Translations under genes and position numbers: made by a program
Shown: in pieces, positions 9,194-16,514 of the stretch
Layout: each line of letters begins with the position of its first letter
Position numbering within the stretch: position 1 is the first letter of the stretch
Origin: an uncultured virus (IMG/VR IMGVR_UViG_3300012919_001127)
Lineage: Duplodnaviria > Heunggongvirae > Uroviricota > Caudoviricetes
Strand: one strand, 5' to 3'
Virus record (IMG/VR): IMGVR_UViG_3300012919_001127
Span: 55,000-74,999 of that record
DNA length: 20,000 bases
The notes under the pieces: model-generated
Databases searched by the model: none
Told to the model about the DNA's origin: nothing
Seen by the model: the letters and a program-made list of their open reading frames with translations, nothing else

Positions 9194-10214
9194 AGTATCC
9201 TGCCACTTCTGGTAAGTATTCCTTGATGCTACAACCTCTATTTTTATCTAACACACCTATCCACTTTTTAAATTCTTCCTGCTTTTCAATACTTGTAGGG
9301 TGATTCATCCAGTAATCAAAATGTGCAATATTATCTTTCATTGCCTGTGGTGCATTTTTTATGTGTAGACAATCTGGAGTCATTAGCAAGTTATCAAATA
9401 TTTCTAATTGGTTTGCCTGTGCATATTCAACATAGTCATCATATTCTAAAACATTCATTATTTGCACAGTAGGACCTAAACTTACATCAGCTACCTCTCT
9501 AAATTTATTAAGGTTGTATTCTACAACGTCCCAATTACTACCCCAACGTATGTAATCATTTGTTCTGCCTATACCATCAATGCTAAAGTTCATGTTCACA
9601 CGTTCGAATCTTTTAAGTTCATTAAAAACTTTCGGATTAAACAATGTACCATTAGTGTTAAATCTTACTTCAACTGATGGATCTAGTTTTGCAAGAAACT
9701 TGTTTAGTCCTTTCACCATCATAGGTTCACCACCTGTAAGATATACTTCTCTTAAATTAGGATTACGTGCTAATGTTTCTCCCTGCTCATCTGTATACCA
9801 GTTGTATAAGCCATAGTCAAACCAACCCCATGGGCTTTCGCCTTTTGCCTTTAGTTCTTTGTGTTCTTCGTACAAACTACTAGAACTACCTGGGTAACAC
9901 ATGGTACAACGTAAATTACATTGGTTTCCAAACCTTATATCCAAATGACTTATACCAGGACCATATTCTCTTGGTCTTTGACGCATACTTGGTCTACCAG
10001 CTTCTTCCATCAGCTGACATTTTTTACAAGCATCTGGCCATTCATTGTTAGCAAGTTGCTCACGTGCTTTTGTAGGTGTTTCACTTGTTAACCATTGTTC
10101 TGGAGTCATTTGTTTTATGTTTTCTTTGTTTGTCTTTTCATTACTAATGCAACACAAACGAAACTCGCCATCAGGGCGTATCATTACTTGATGATCTAAA
10201 TACTTACACCTCAC
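9180..10214 (-). CDS. Radical SAM protein with N-terminal twitch/SPASM-like domain (type B)
   Basis: GTG start overlapping the upstream gene end; C...DGEFRLCC...CKKC, then CNLRCTMC, TGGEP, NTNGT, FSIDG, YIRWG. Confidence 0.9.
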   Translation of the reverse strand: MRCKYLDHQVMIRPDGEFRLCCISNEKTNKENIKQMTPEQWLTSETPTKAREQLANNEWPDACKKCQLMEEAGRPSMRQRPREYGPGISHLDIRFGNQCNLRCTMCYPGSSSSLYEEHKELKAKGESPWGWFDYGLYNWYTDEQGETLARNPNLREVYLTGGEPMMVKGLNKFLAKLDPSVEVRFNTNGTLFNPKVFNELKRFERVNMNFSIDGIGRTNDYIRWGSNWDVVEYNLNKFREVADVSLGPTVQIMNVLEYDDYVEYAQANQLEIFDNLLMTPDCLHIKNAPQAMKDNIAHFDYWMNHPTSIEKQEEFKKWIGVLDKNRGCSIKEYLPEVAGYYGIN

Positions 10215-11232
10215 CGCAAGTTACCTCACAAATTTTAAACCTATTTTCACTAGACCAACTTTCAGGCAGATCTTGTGCAAAGAAAGGACTGTCTAATATA
10301 ACTTCCAAAGGCATATCATTTACATTAAGCCAATCTACTTTTGATACTTCTTGTGCATAAGGGCTTTCTACTTCTCTTGGATATCTGTCAGATAGCATAT
10401 AGCAACAAGGAAATACTTCACCAACATGGCTAACTTGTATTTTTCTTTTCTTTTGCCATTTACAAGTTATACATGATTTCTTGAATCCATCAGCCAAACT
10501 GCCATGTTTTTGTTTCAAATCTTGTAAACGTTTTAAATTATCTAGTTTGCTTGTATCGTATTTTATTGTACGAGCTTGTTCCCGTTTGTTGGCTTTAAAT
10601 TTTTCTATTGCTTTATTAACCATACTATTCATAGCAGTAAAAGTATGTCCACCATTTATATCAAATTTTGCAAATCCCATTTTTTTACTTAATTCTTCTG
10701 CTTGTTCTAATTGATGTGCATTGTGTTCAAACACCAACATACGCCATCTTCCTAATCCACCTGCGTCTAAAAATGCTTGGGCGTTTTCCATTACCTTATT
10801 CCATTTAACATTTCTTCTGTAAAGATGATTTGTATCTTCTAAACCGTCTATGCTAAAAACTACATGAGTTGGAAATGGAAAGTCTTTTAATTTATTTGCT
10901 AGTTCATCAAAGTATTTAGGCTGTCTCATACCACCATTGGTATGTATATGGATAATAGGTTTTTTGTAGTTTTTTAAATAATCCAAACATTCAAACAAGT
11001 GTGGACTTACCAAAGGATCTCCATATGATCCATTGAATACAATCTGATTGATGTTTCTTAAAACATTCTCACTGAACAGATTTTTGAATGTTGCAGGACT
11101 CATATGTTCAAGAGGCATACGTGGATTTACTTCTACTCCACCTAAATTTCTTGAACAGTTACCACACATAGCATTACAATGAGCAGTAAAATCTACTGTA
11201 ATCGTATCTATATCTTCTATATCCAAATACAT
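10204..11232 (-). CDS. Radical SAM protein with C-terminal SPASM/twitch-like domain (type A, paralog of 255..1247)
   Basis: CNAMCGNC, GSYGDP, HTNGG, FSIDGLEDT, C-terminal C..C...GEVFPCC...CEVTC. Start reassigned to ATG 11232 (MYLDIEDI) because it aligns with the paralog start MYKIEDI and removes the overlap with the divergent gene. Confidence 0.9.
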   Translation of the reverse strand: MYLDIEDIDTITVDFTAHCNAMCGNCSRNLGGVEVNPRMPLEHMSPATFKNLFSENVLRNINQIVFNGSYGDPLVSPHLFECLDYLKNYKKPIIHIHTNGGMRQPKYFDELANKLKDFPFPTHVVFSIDGLEDTNHLYRRNVKWNKVMENAQAFLDAGGLGRWRMLVFEHNAHQLEQAEELSKKMGFAKFDINGGHTFTAMNSMVNKAIEKFKANKREQARTIKYDTSKLDNLKRLQDLKQKHGSLADGFKKSCITCKWQKKRKIQVSHVGEVFPCCYMLSDRYPREVESPYAQEVSKVDWLNVNDMPLEVILDSPFFAQDLPESWSSENRFKICEVTCGEV

Positions 11233-11233
11233 G

Positions 11234-11247
11234 ATAAGTATATTTAA
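11234..11247. promoter_or_regulatory. Candidate pair of crossed late-promoter-like motifs (ATAAGTA on +, TTAAATA on -)
   Basis: Located in the 35-bp spacer between divergent starts 11232(-) and 11268(+); both resemble the TATAAATA/ATAAATA/ATAAGTA motifs in other intergenic gaps of this window. Confidence 0.45.
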
Positions 11248-11267
11248 CTGAATTATAAGGTAGTTTA

Positions 11268-11978
11268 ATGGATATAGAACATACAAAAACCCTGGAAACA
11301 TTCTGGAAAGAACACAAAAAAGACGTAAATTTTTTATACCAAGATGTATTTGACCCAATGTGGTTAGTTGAAGAATCGCACTGGCCTTTCTTTAAACTAT
11401 CAGCACTGGACAATCAACCCTGGGCTAAAATGCACAACGAAGCAGAAAGTTTATTAGAGTCTTTTCATGATCATAGAGACGATTATGGCTATGGTTGGAA
11501 GAGCTTAACAATACATGGATTAGATGATGATACTCAAACATTAGACAGTTATGGTGATAGAGACAAAGTAATTAAACAATTAGATTGGACATGGGTAGCA
11601 GACAAGTGTCCTACTGTGAAAACTTTTTTAAAAGATGTATGGCCTATGGAGTATCTCAATAGAGTAAGATTTATGTTGCTGGAACCAGGAGGATATATTT
11701 TGCCTCATCAAGATAGAGATGCAAAAGAAAAAAGATTAAGTGTATGCAACATAGCCTTAAACAATCCTGATGACTGTGAATTTATTTTTAAGGATCATGG
11801 AGTCGTGCCTTTCCAAGATAAAGGCGGTGCGTTTTTAATGGACATCAGCAACGTTCATGCAGTATGGAACAAAAGTGATGTACCAAGGATACACATGATA
11901 ATACATGGTGAAGTTGGTAGAAGATTACGTGATATGTTTTATGTGTTAAGACAAAGTTATTATACTAATAGGGGATAA
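11268..11978 (+). CDS. 2OG-Fe(II) oxygenase, aspartyl/asparaginyl beta-hydroxylase-like
   Basis: RVRFMLLEPGGYILPHQD (HxD), distal HAVWN, RIHMIIH (2OG-binding Arg). Confidence 0.85.
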   Translation: MDIEHTKTLETFWKEHKKDVNFLYQDVFDPMWLVEESHWPFFKLSALDNQPWAKMHNEAESLLESFHDHRDDYGYGWKSLTIHGLDDDTQTLDSYGDRDKVIKQLDWTWVADKCPTVKTFLKDVWPMEYLNRVRFMLLEPGGYILPHQDRDAKEKRLSVCNIALNNPDDCEFIFKDHGVVPFQDKGGAFLMDISNVHAVWNKSDVPRIHMIIHGEVGRRLRDMFYVLRQSYYTNRG

Positions 11979-11979
11979 A

Positions 11980-12105
11980 ATGTTAACTTGGTTTTTAGTA
12001 GGAATATTAGCTGGCTTGTTCATTAGATGTACTTGTAAGCCACACAAATCTGTTGACGACAAGTTCAAAGATCCTTGGAACTGGACAGGGTTCGGAGGCG
12101 GTTAA
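11980..12105 (+). CDS. 41-aa small protein, MLTWFLVGILAGLFIRCTCKPHKSVDDKFKDPWNWTGFGGG (not in ORF track)
   Basis: ATG 1 nt after the upstream stop, with AGGGG upstream; its TAA overlaps the next ATG (TAATG); it fills the whole gap. Confidence 0.75.
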   Translation: MLTWFLVGILAGLFIRCTCKPHKSVDDKFKDPWNWTGFGGG

Positions 12106-13568
12106 TGAAAGACTGGAACAGTTTAACACACGATAGATACTATGAGGATCATAAATCAAATAATCAAGTAGGCATAGGCATACTTAATATTTCAAGAGAT
12201 ATAAAAAATGAATTTGTAAGTAAACGTTGTTTAGAAATGACTTACTTTTACATCAATAGAATGATGAAAATGAAAGTTGCAGATTACGTTGGCAGTTGGC
12301 ACAAGGTTGAAAACATTCTCGAAAACAGTCTTGCAAAAGGACATGAATATTGTATAGTGGCCGCACAAGGATTGTTGCTTTATAGGGGTCCTAATCTAGT
12401 AGAACAAAGTTTAAAATATGCAAAAGAAAATCCTAACTTCTTTGTTTGTGGACACATCATGGACAAAAAAGGACAAAATCATTATGCAACCAAAGGAGCA
12501 TATCCTGGTTTGCATAGGCAGTATCTTTTTGTTAATCTAAAAGTTTGGGAGCAACTTGGCAAACCTCCTTTTGATGAACTAGGAATATTTAGAGACAGAA
12601 TGCCTAAGTTACAAAATTTTAAATTAAGTGAAGAAAAGATTCATGCTGAATATACACCTGCTTGGATTGATACTGCTGAAGGAGAAAAACATTGGGCAAA
12701 AACATCAGACGGTAGTAATTGGATTGATATTGCTTTAAGGTCAAATATCAAAATTGATAATCTAACAAATGACATGAGGGCTTGTAAAGTATTTCTTTAT
12801 CCATATAACAAATCAGACATTCTTTCAAAGAGCTGGATACAAAAAGATTATTGGCAAGTTGAAGAATTAAATTATAATCAAAAGGCTTGGTTACGTAAAT
12901 TAGACCAACAGGAAAAGATAGAAAAGGATCGTGTTTATGCTTTTAATACAGAAACTTTATCTGGCGAAGGTAAACGCACAGAAAACATTGATCATTTGTT
13001 TAGTGTGGCCGCTGGATTCAAACCTTTGTCTATATTAAACACAAATGGATTCAATGATAACACAAAAATACATTACTTTGATTGGTGCGATGCAAGTTTA
13101 TTATATAAAAGAGACCTTATAGAAACGTGGAATGGGGTCGATTTACACCTGTGGCTGTTGGAACATGATCTAAAGTATAACTTTGCCTCAACGTATAGAG
13201 GCAATTACGAGCCATTTTGGCAACAAGAATTACAAGACTTTGGTGGTGCTGAAGCATTTAAAAAACTATGGGATAGGTATGTAAACCTTGAACACAATTA
13301 TTACAAAATAGATATTGTAAACGAACCCACAAACCTTTTTAATATTATCAAAGCACAGGAAGGCAACAAAGTTTTATGGACTACCAATGTATGGTCAAGT
13401 GAAATGTTGCATTGGAATCAAGGTCCAGATCAACTTAAAATCAAATGGAACAAATTTAAAAGTTTGGTACCTGATGATTTAATTTTGTATGGTGATGATT
13501 ATTGTGCTATTGATATGCGTCAAAGCATACGTGACAATTTAAATATAAGTTATCCTGAATTTAATTAG
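12105..13568 (+). CDS. Hypothetical protein, 487 aa
   Basis: Long ORF. Start reassigned from TTG 12075 to ATG 12105 (GGAGG at 12094-12098, TAATG coupling). No family recognised with confidence. Confidence 0.85.
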   Translation: MKDWNSLTHDRYYEDHKSNNQVGIGILNISRDIKNEFVSKRCLEMTYFYINRMMKMKVADYVGSWHKVENILENSLAKGHEYCIVAAQGLLLYRGPNLVEQSLKYAKENPNFFVCGHIMDKKGQNHYATKGAYPGLHRQYLFVNLKVWEQLGKPPFDELGIFRDRMPKLQNFKLSEEKIHAEYTPAWIDTAEGEKHWAKTSDGSNWIDIALRSNIKIDNLTNDMRACKVFLYPYNKSDILSKSWIQKDYWQVEELNYNQKAWLRKLDQQEKIEKDRVYAFNTETLSGEGKRTENIDHLFSVAAGFKPLSILNTNGFNDNTKIHYFDWCDASLLYKRDLIETWNGVDLHLWLLEHDLKYNFASTYRGNYEPFWQQELQDFGGAEAFKKLWDRYVNLEHNYYKIDIVNEPTNLFNIIKAQEGNKVLWTTNVWSSEMLHWNQGPDQLKIKWNKFKSLVPDDLILYGDDYCAIDMRQSIRDNLNISYPEFN

Positions 13569-14929
13569 TGTAAGTCTACCCAGCTAACACCAGTACGTAC
13601 TTGAAGTTTGTTTGAGGTTGTGTTGTAGATAACCATACCAGCACTTACTGAACTTAATGCGTCTCTTTGCACTTCTGTTAGGTTAGCAAATTTTACTGTA
13701 CTTGAGAATATTGCATCTCCGTCAACGTCTAGCACGGCAGTTGCAGTTTGTTTGTTTACACCTAATCTACCTTGTGAATCAAATGTTAAGTATTTTAGAT
13801 CTGGTGATGAGTTTGAACCTGCTTGGGTTACAACCTCCATTTTACCTTTCATTGTGTCTGTGCCAATTGGTGAGTTATTTGGATCTACTCTCCAAGCAAT
13901 ACCACCTGACTCAACAATGTTAGTTGTGCCTGTGTCATAACCTTGGAAACTTAACTTACCAATGTATTGACCAGCCACCATTGCATTTGGTGTTACTAAA
14001 TTATCTTTGAATCCTCTGAATACTAATGCAGTTAATGGATCAAAAGAACTGTTTGTCTTACCAAATATTTTTAAAGCACTACCACCTGCTGAGTTATCAT
14101 TGATTGTCATCGTGGTTGGTACACCAGCTGTCTTGCTTGATATAAAGAAGTCAGCCTGTAGTGCTGATAGTGTATCACTGTTGATACTAATTAATCCGTT
14201 GTCTAATCTTACAGTACTGTTGACAGCATCAACTAATATTGTTGAATCATCACCTGCTATCGTACCTTTGAAGTTTCCTGTTATACTTCCAGCAGTTATA
14301 CTTGGAGCCGCAACTGCTCCAGTAAATGTTGCCGCACCTGCATTGATTTCTTTTGATGTTGCATTAAAGAAACTTGTATTATCAGTTGCCTTAACATCAC
14401 CTTTGAATGTACCTGAAGCATTAATGGCTCCAGTTGCCTTGTTTACTATTACAGTTGAATCATCACCAATTATATTTGCATTTACACTTCCAGCATCAAT
14501 TGTATCTGTAATGTGTAAAGATCCAAAGTAACCTTGGTTCCATCTTAATGTTGCAGATCCAACATTTCTTGCACTATCAACATCTGGTAAAATGTGTGAT
14601 TCTACTTTTGCAGTTAAATTTAATGTATCAGAGCTGGCGTCACCTACTGTTAAATTACCGCCTAAAGTTAAGTTTCCATCAGCAGTAATATTACCTGTTA
14701 CTGTGATATTTCCAGTTGTGTTGATGTTACCTGTACCAACTAAATCAAAATTGTTAAGTGAAAGATTTGACCCTAATGCGGCGCCGGCTGTATCAACAGG
14801 ATTACCACCCTGTGTAGTTCCGTCTCCAACAAATAGCTTTTTGGTGTCTGTAGTATAGATCAATTCACCATCTGCTGGTGTAATTAATGCTCTTTGTGAG
14901 TCTGTTCCTCTTCTTAATTTTAACGCCAT
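13565..14929 (-). CDS. Virion fibre/structural protein with Mtd-N-like N-terminal domain
   Basis: N-terminus LKLRRGT...PADGELIYTTDTKKLFVGDG typical of phage fibre/Mtd N-domains; G/T/N/S-rich beta repeats; C-terminal GMVIYNTTSNKLQV..W; AGGAG RBS and late promoter upstream. Confidence 0.75.
   Translation of the reverse strand: MALKLRRGTDSQRALITPADGELIYTTDTKKLFVGDGTTQGGNPVDTAGAALGSNLSLNNFDLVGTGNINTTGNITVTGNITADGNLTLGGNLTVGDASSDTLNLTAKVESHILPDVDSARNVGSATLRWNQGYFGSLHITDTIDAGSVNANIIGDDSTVIVNKATGAINASGTFKGDVKATDNTSFFNATSKEINAGAATFTGAVAAPSITAGSITGNFKGTIAGDDSTILVDAVNSTVRLDNGLISINSDTLSALQADFFISSKTAGVPTTMTINDNSAGGSALKIFGKTNSSFDPLTALVFRGFKDNLVTPNAMVAGQYIGKLSFQGYDTGTTNIVESGGIAWRVDPNNSPIGTDTMKGKMEVVTQAGSNSSPDLKYLTFDSQGRLGVNKQTATAVLDVDGDAIFSSTVKFANLTEVQRDALSSVSAGMVIYNTTSNKLQVRTGVSWVDLH
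14215..14485 (-). repeat. Three degenerate protein-level repeats in the fibre protein (coordinates approximate)
   Basis: NANIIGDDSTVIVNKAT / KGDVKATDNTSFFNATS / KGTIAGDDSTILVDAVN. Confidence 0.6.
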
Positions 14930-14957
14930 TTATTACATCTCCTGGATCTGTTATATG

Positions 14958-14965
14958 TATTTATA
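14958..14965 (-). promoter_or_regulatory. T4-type late promoter TATAAATA
   Basis: Exact match to the T4 gp55 late consensus in the intergenic gap, 28 nt upstream of the fibre ATG, followed by AGGAG. Confidence 0.8.
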
Positions 14966-14978
14966 CCAAATAAGCATT

Positions 14979-15305
14979 TTACTTGCGGCGTTTTAGAAAG
15001 CGATTCGTGGACTTCTGTACGTCTTTTTTGACCCTATCAGTGTCTAGTTTAAAGTCCACGTGCTTGATACTGCTATCATATGTATGAAACAGCTCTCTGA
15101 GTGTTTTTTCTAGTTGTTTAGCAGGGTTCTTATTAACGTCTACTGCTATGTCCCATTGTTTACCGTTATTAAAACGCACCCTTAAAGAGTGTAAGTACTC
15201 TAGCGGTATTGCTCGAACATCAACGTCCCCGAATACATCGGGCCATTTGTTTACAACTTCTGGTGGAAGGCCTTTTGTTTTACGCCTTGCCACTGGATTT
15301 CCCAC
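14979..15305 (-). CDS. Hypothetical phage protein (basic, about 104-108 aa)
   Basis: Co-oriented ORF overlapping the upstream gene; GTG start at 15305 or 15293. Confidence 0.75.
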   Translation of the reverse strand: MGNPVARRKTKGLPPEVVNKWPDVFGDVDVRAIPLEYLHSLRVRFNNGKQWDIAVDVNKNPAKQLEKTLRELFHTYDSSIKHVDFKLDTDRVKKDVQKSTNRFLKRRK

Positions 15306-15882
15306 TTTTACTTGGGTCTAAATCCTCGGCCTGCTTTCGCAATTCAGTTGCTTCTTTAAACAGTCTATCAGCATCTGCTCTCATATTGTTTGCAAGTTGC
15401 TTATCTGTAAGCGGTTGTTCTTTTGCCGCTTCTACAGTTGCACTTGCTTCACCTGATGGAACAGTTTCAGCAGTAGCTATTGTGTCAACTGAACTTCCTC
15501 CAACTGCCAAATCAGCTACACCTACTCCTTTTTGTTCAGCGATCATTTTGTTAAGCTCGTCTAAACTTATTGTGGATGCGGTGTCTGGTGTCATTTCAAC
15601 ATCACTTGTAGATACTTTAGTTAGTTTACCAGTAAGATGGAATGAGTTTAACATCATGCTACCATCACCTAGTGGTGTTCTTTGCATCGCATCAGCAAGT
15701 TCGTCAGCTGTCTGTCCAGTGTTGCTTTCGATCAATGTCATTAATTTGTCATGATCAGCATCTTTGATATTTTCAGTTTGAACAACCAATGCACTATGTG
15801 GATCACCTGGTATTGTTCTGAAAACGACAGCAACTTTTCTTCCTGTCTCTTTCATTCTTCCTATGTGCTTCATATTAGCCAT
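15280..15882 (-). CDS. Hypothetical phage protein with C-terminal coiled-coil-like segment
   Basis: 200-aa ORF, GGAG RBS, 8-nt overlap with the upstream gene; LANNMRADADRLFKEATELRKQAEDL. Confidence 0.85.
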   Translation of the reverse strand: MANMKHIGRMKETGRKVAVVFRTIPGDPHSALVVQTENIKDADHDKLMTLIESNTGQTADELADAMQRTPLGDGSMMLNSFHLTGKLTKVSTSDVEMTPDTASTISLDELNKMIAEQKGVGVADLAVGGSSVDTIATAETVPSGEASATVEAAKEQPLTDKQLANNMRADADRLFKEATELRKQAEDLDPSKSGKSSGKA

Positions 15883-16198
15883 TTGCTTTGTCTCCTTCAG
15901 TAGGAGCAGTTGCTGGCGCAGGTGCGTCAGGTTGCTTTGCTACTTGTTGGTTTTGAATTGAAGTTAAAAAGGTATCTAACTTATTAAAAGTCTTACCTAC
16001 TGCTTCAAGTTCGTTGGCTTTGAAAGCCCCACGACTTTGTGCAACTTCAATAATAGTTTTTATAACACCAAGGTCTTGAACTGTTAGTTCAGTTGCCTGC
16101 GGTGCTTGTCCCGTCTTTGCATCACCCGTCGGTGCGGCCATAGTCGGTTGTGCCGGCTCAGTTACTGGAGCCTGTGCAGTTTTGTTTTCATCTGACAT
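15875..16198 (-). CDS. Hypothetical phage protein with Ala/Pro/Thr-rich termini
   Basis: AGGAG RBS; folded-looking core ELTVQDL...LDTFL flanked by low-complexity arms. Confidence 0.85.
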   Translation of the reverse strand: MSDENKTAQAPVTEPAQPTMAAPTGDAKTGQAPQATELTVQDLGVIKTIIEVAQSRGAFKANELEAVGKTFNKLDTFLTSIQNQQVAKQPDAPAPATAPTEGDKANG

Positions 16199-16233
16199 TT
16201 ATGTCTCCTATTATAATAGTATAATTATATACC

Positions 16234-16247
16234 TACTTAATACTTAT
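16234..16247 (-). promoter_or_regulatory. Candidate late-promoter-like motifs (ATAAGTA followed by TAAGTA)
   Basis: Two tandem TAAGTA copies in the gap upstream of the gene starting at 16198; a variant of TATAAATA. Confidence 0.4.
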
Positions 16248-16513
16248 TAATACTTCAAATGTGGACAGGCTAACATGAAATATGAAAGCTCTCTTTCATT
16301 TTCAAAACCAATTCTCATTTGGTTCTTATATTGGTTTTTGGAATCCAATACCATTGTTTTGCCTATGTGATATCTGCCTTTAAGATTTCCTTCAATCCAT
16401 TTTCTCATTGAATCTTCTAGATTGTATTGTTGTTCTATTTCAATATATTCAAAATGTGGTGCCTGATACTTGACCTCACGAAGTCCAAAAAAGTTTAGTG
16501 CATTTGGTTTCAT
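16247..16513 (-). CDS. Hypothetical phage protein, 88 aa
   Basis: Co-oriented ORF in a tightly packed run of genes. Confidence 0.8.
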   Translation of the reverse strand: MKPNALNFFGLREVKYQAPHFEYIEIEQQYNLEDSMRKWIEGNLKGRYHIGKTMVLDSKNQYKNQMRIGFENERELSYFMLACPHLKY

Positions 16514-16514
16514 A

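Noticed and set aside
255..11232. Assigning the rSAMs as QueE, NrdG, MoaA, PqqE or viperin
   Set aside because: No partner genes (queC/queD/folE, nrdD, moaC, pqq) are in the window, and the lengths and auxiliary Cys patterns do not match; no gene symbol is justified.
11233..11358. 42-aa N-terminal extension of the rSAM ORF given as 10204..11358
   Set aside because: It overlaps the divergent oxygenase gene; paralog alignment supports ATG 11232.
12075..12104. TTG start for the orphan protein
   Set aside because: ATG 12105 has a GGAGG RBS and TAATG coupling; the upstream bases encode the 41-aa ORF.
13702..14858. Several + strand ORFs (73, 62, 174, 88 aa) antisense to the fibre gene
   Set aside because: Shadow frames caused by the Gly/Thr/Ala/Val codon bias of the real minus-strand gene; no RBS or recognisable motifs.
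13565..14929. Diversity-generating retroelement target suggested by the Mtd-like N-terminus
   Set aside because: Only the N-terminal anchor-type motif is shared; no reverse transcriptase, template/variable repeat pair or C-type-lectin-like C-terminus is visible in the window.
15209..15754. 181-aa + strand ORF
   Set aside because: Antisense to two well-coupled minus-strand genes, non-ATG start, Ser/Ala-rich shadow composition.
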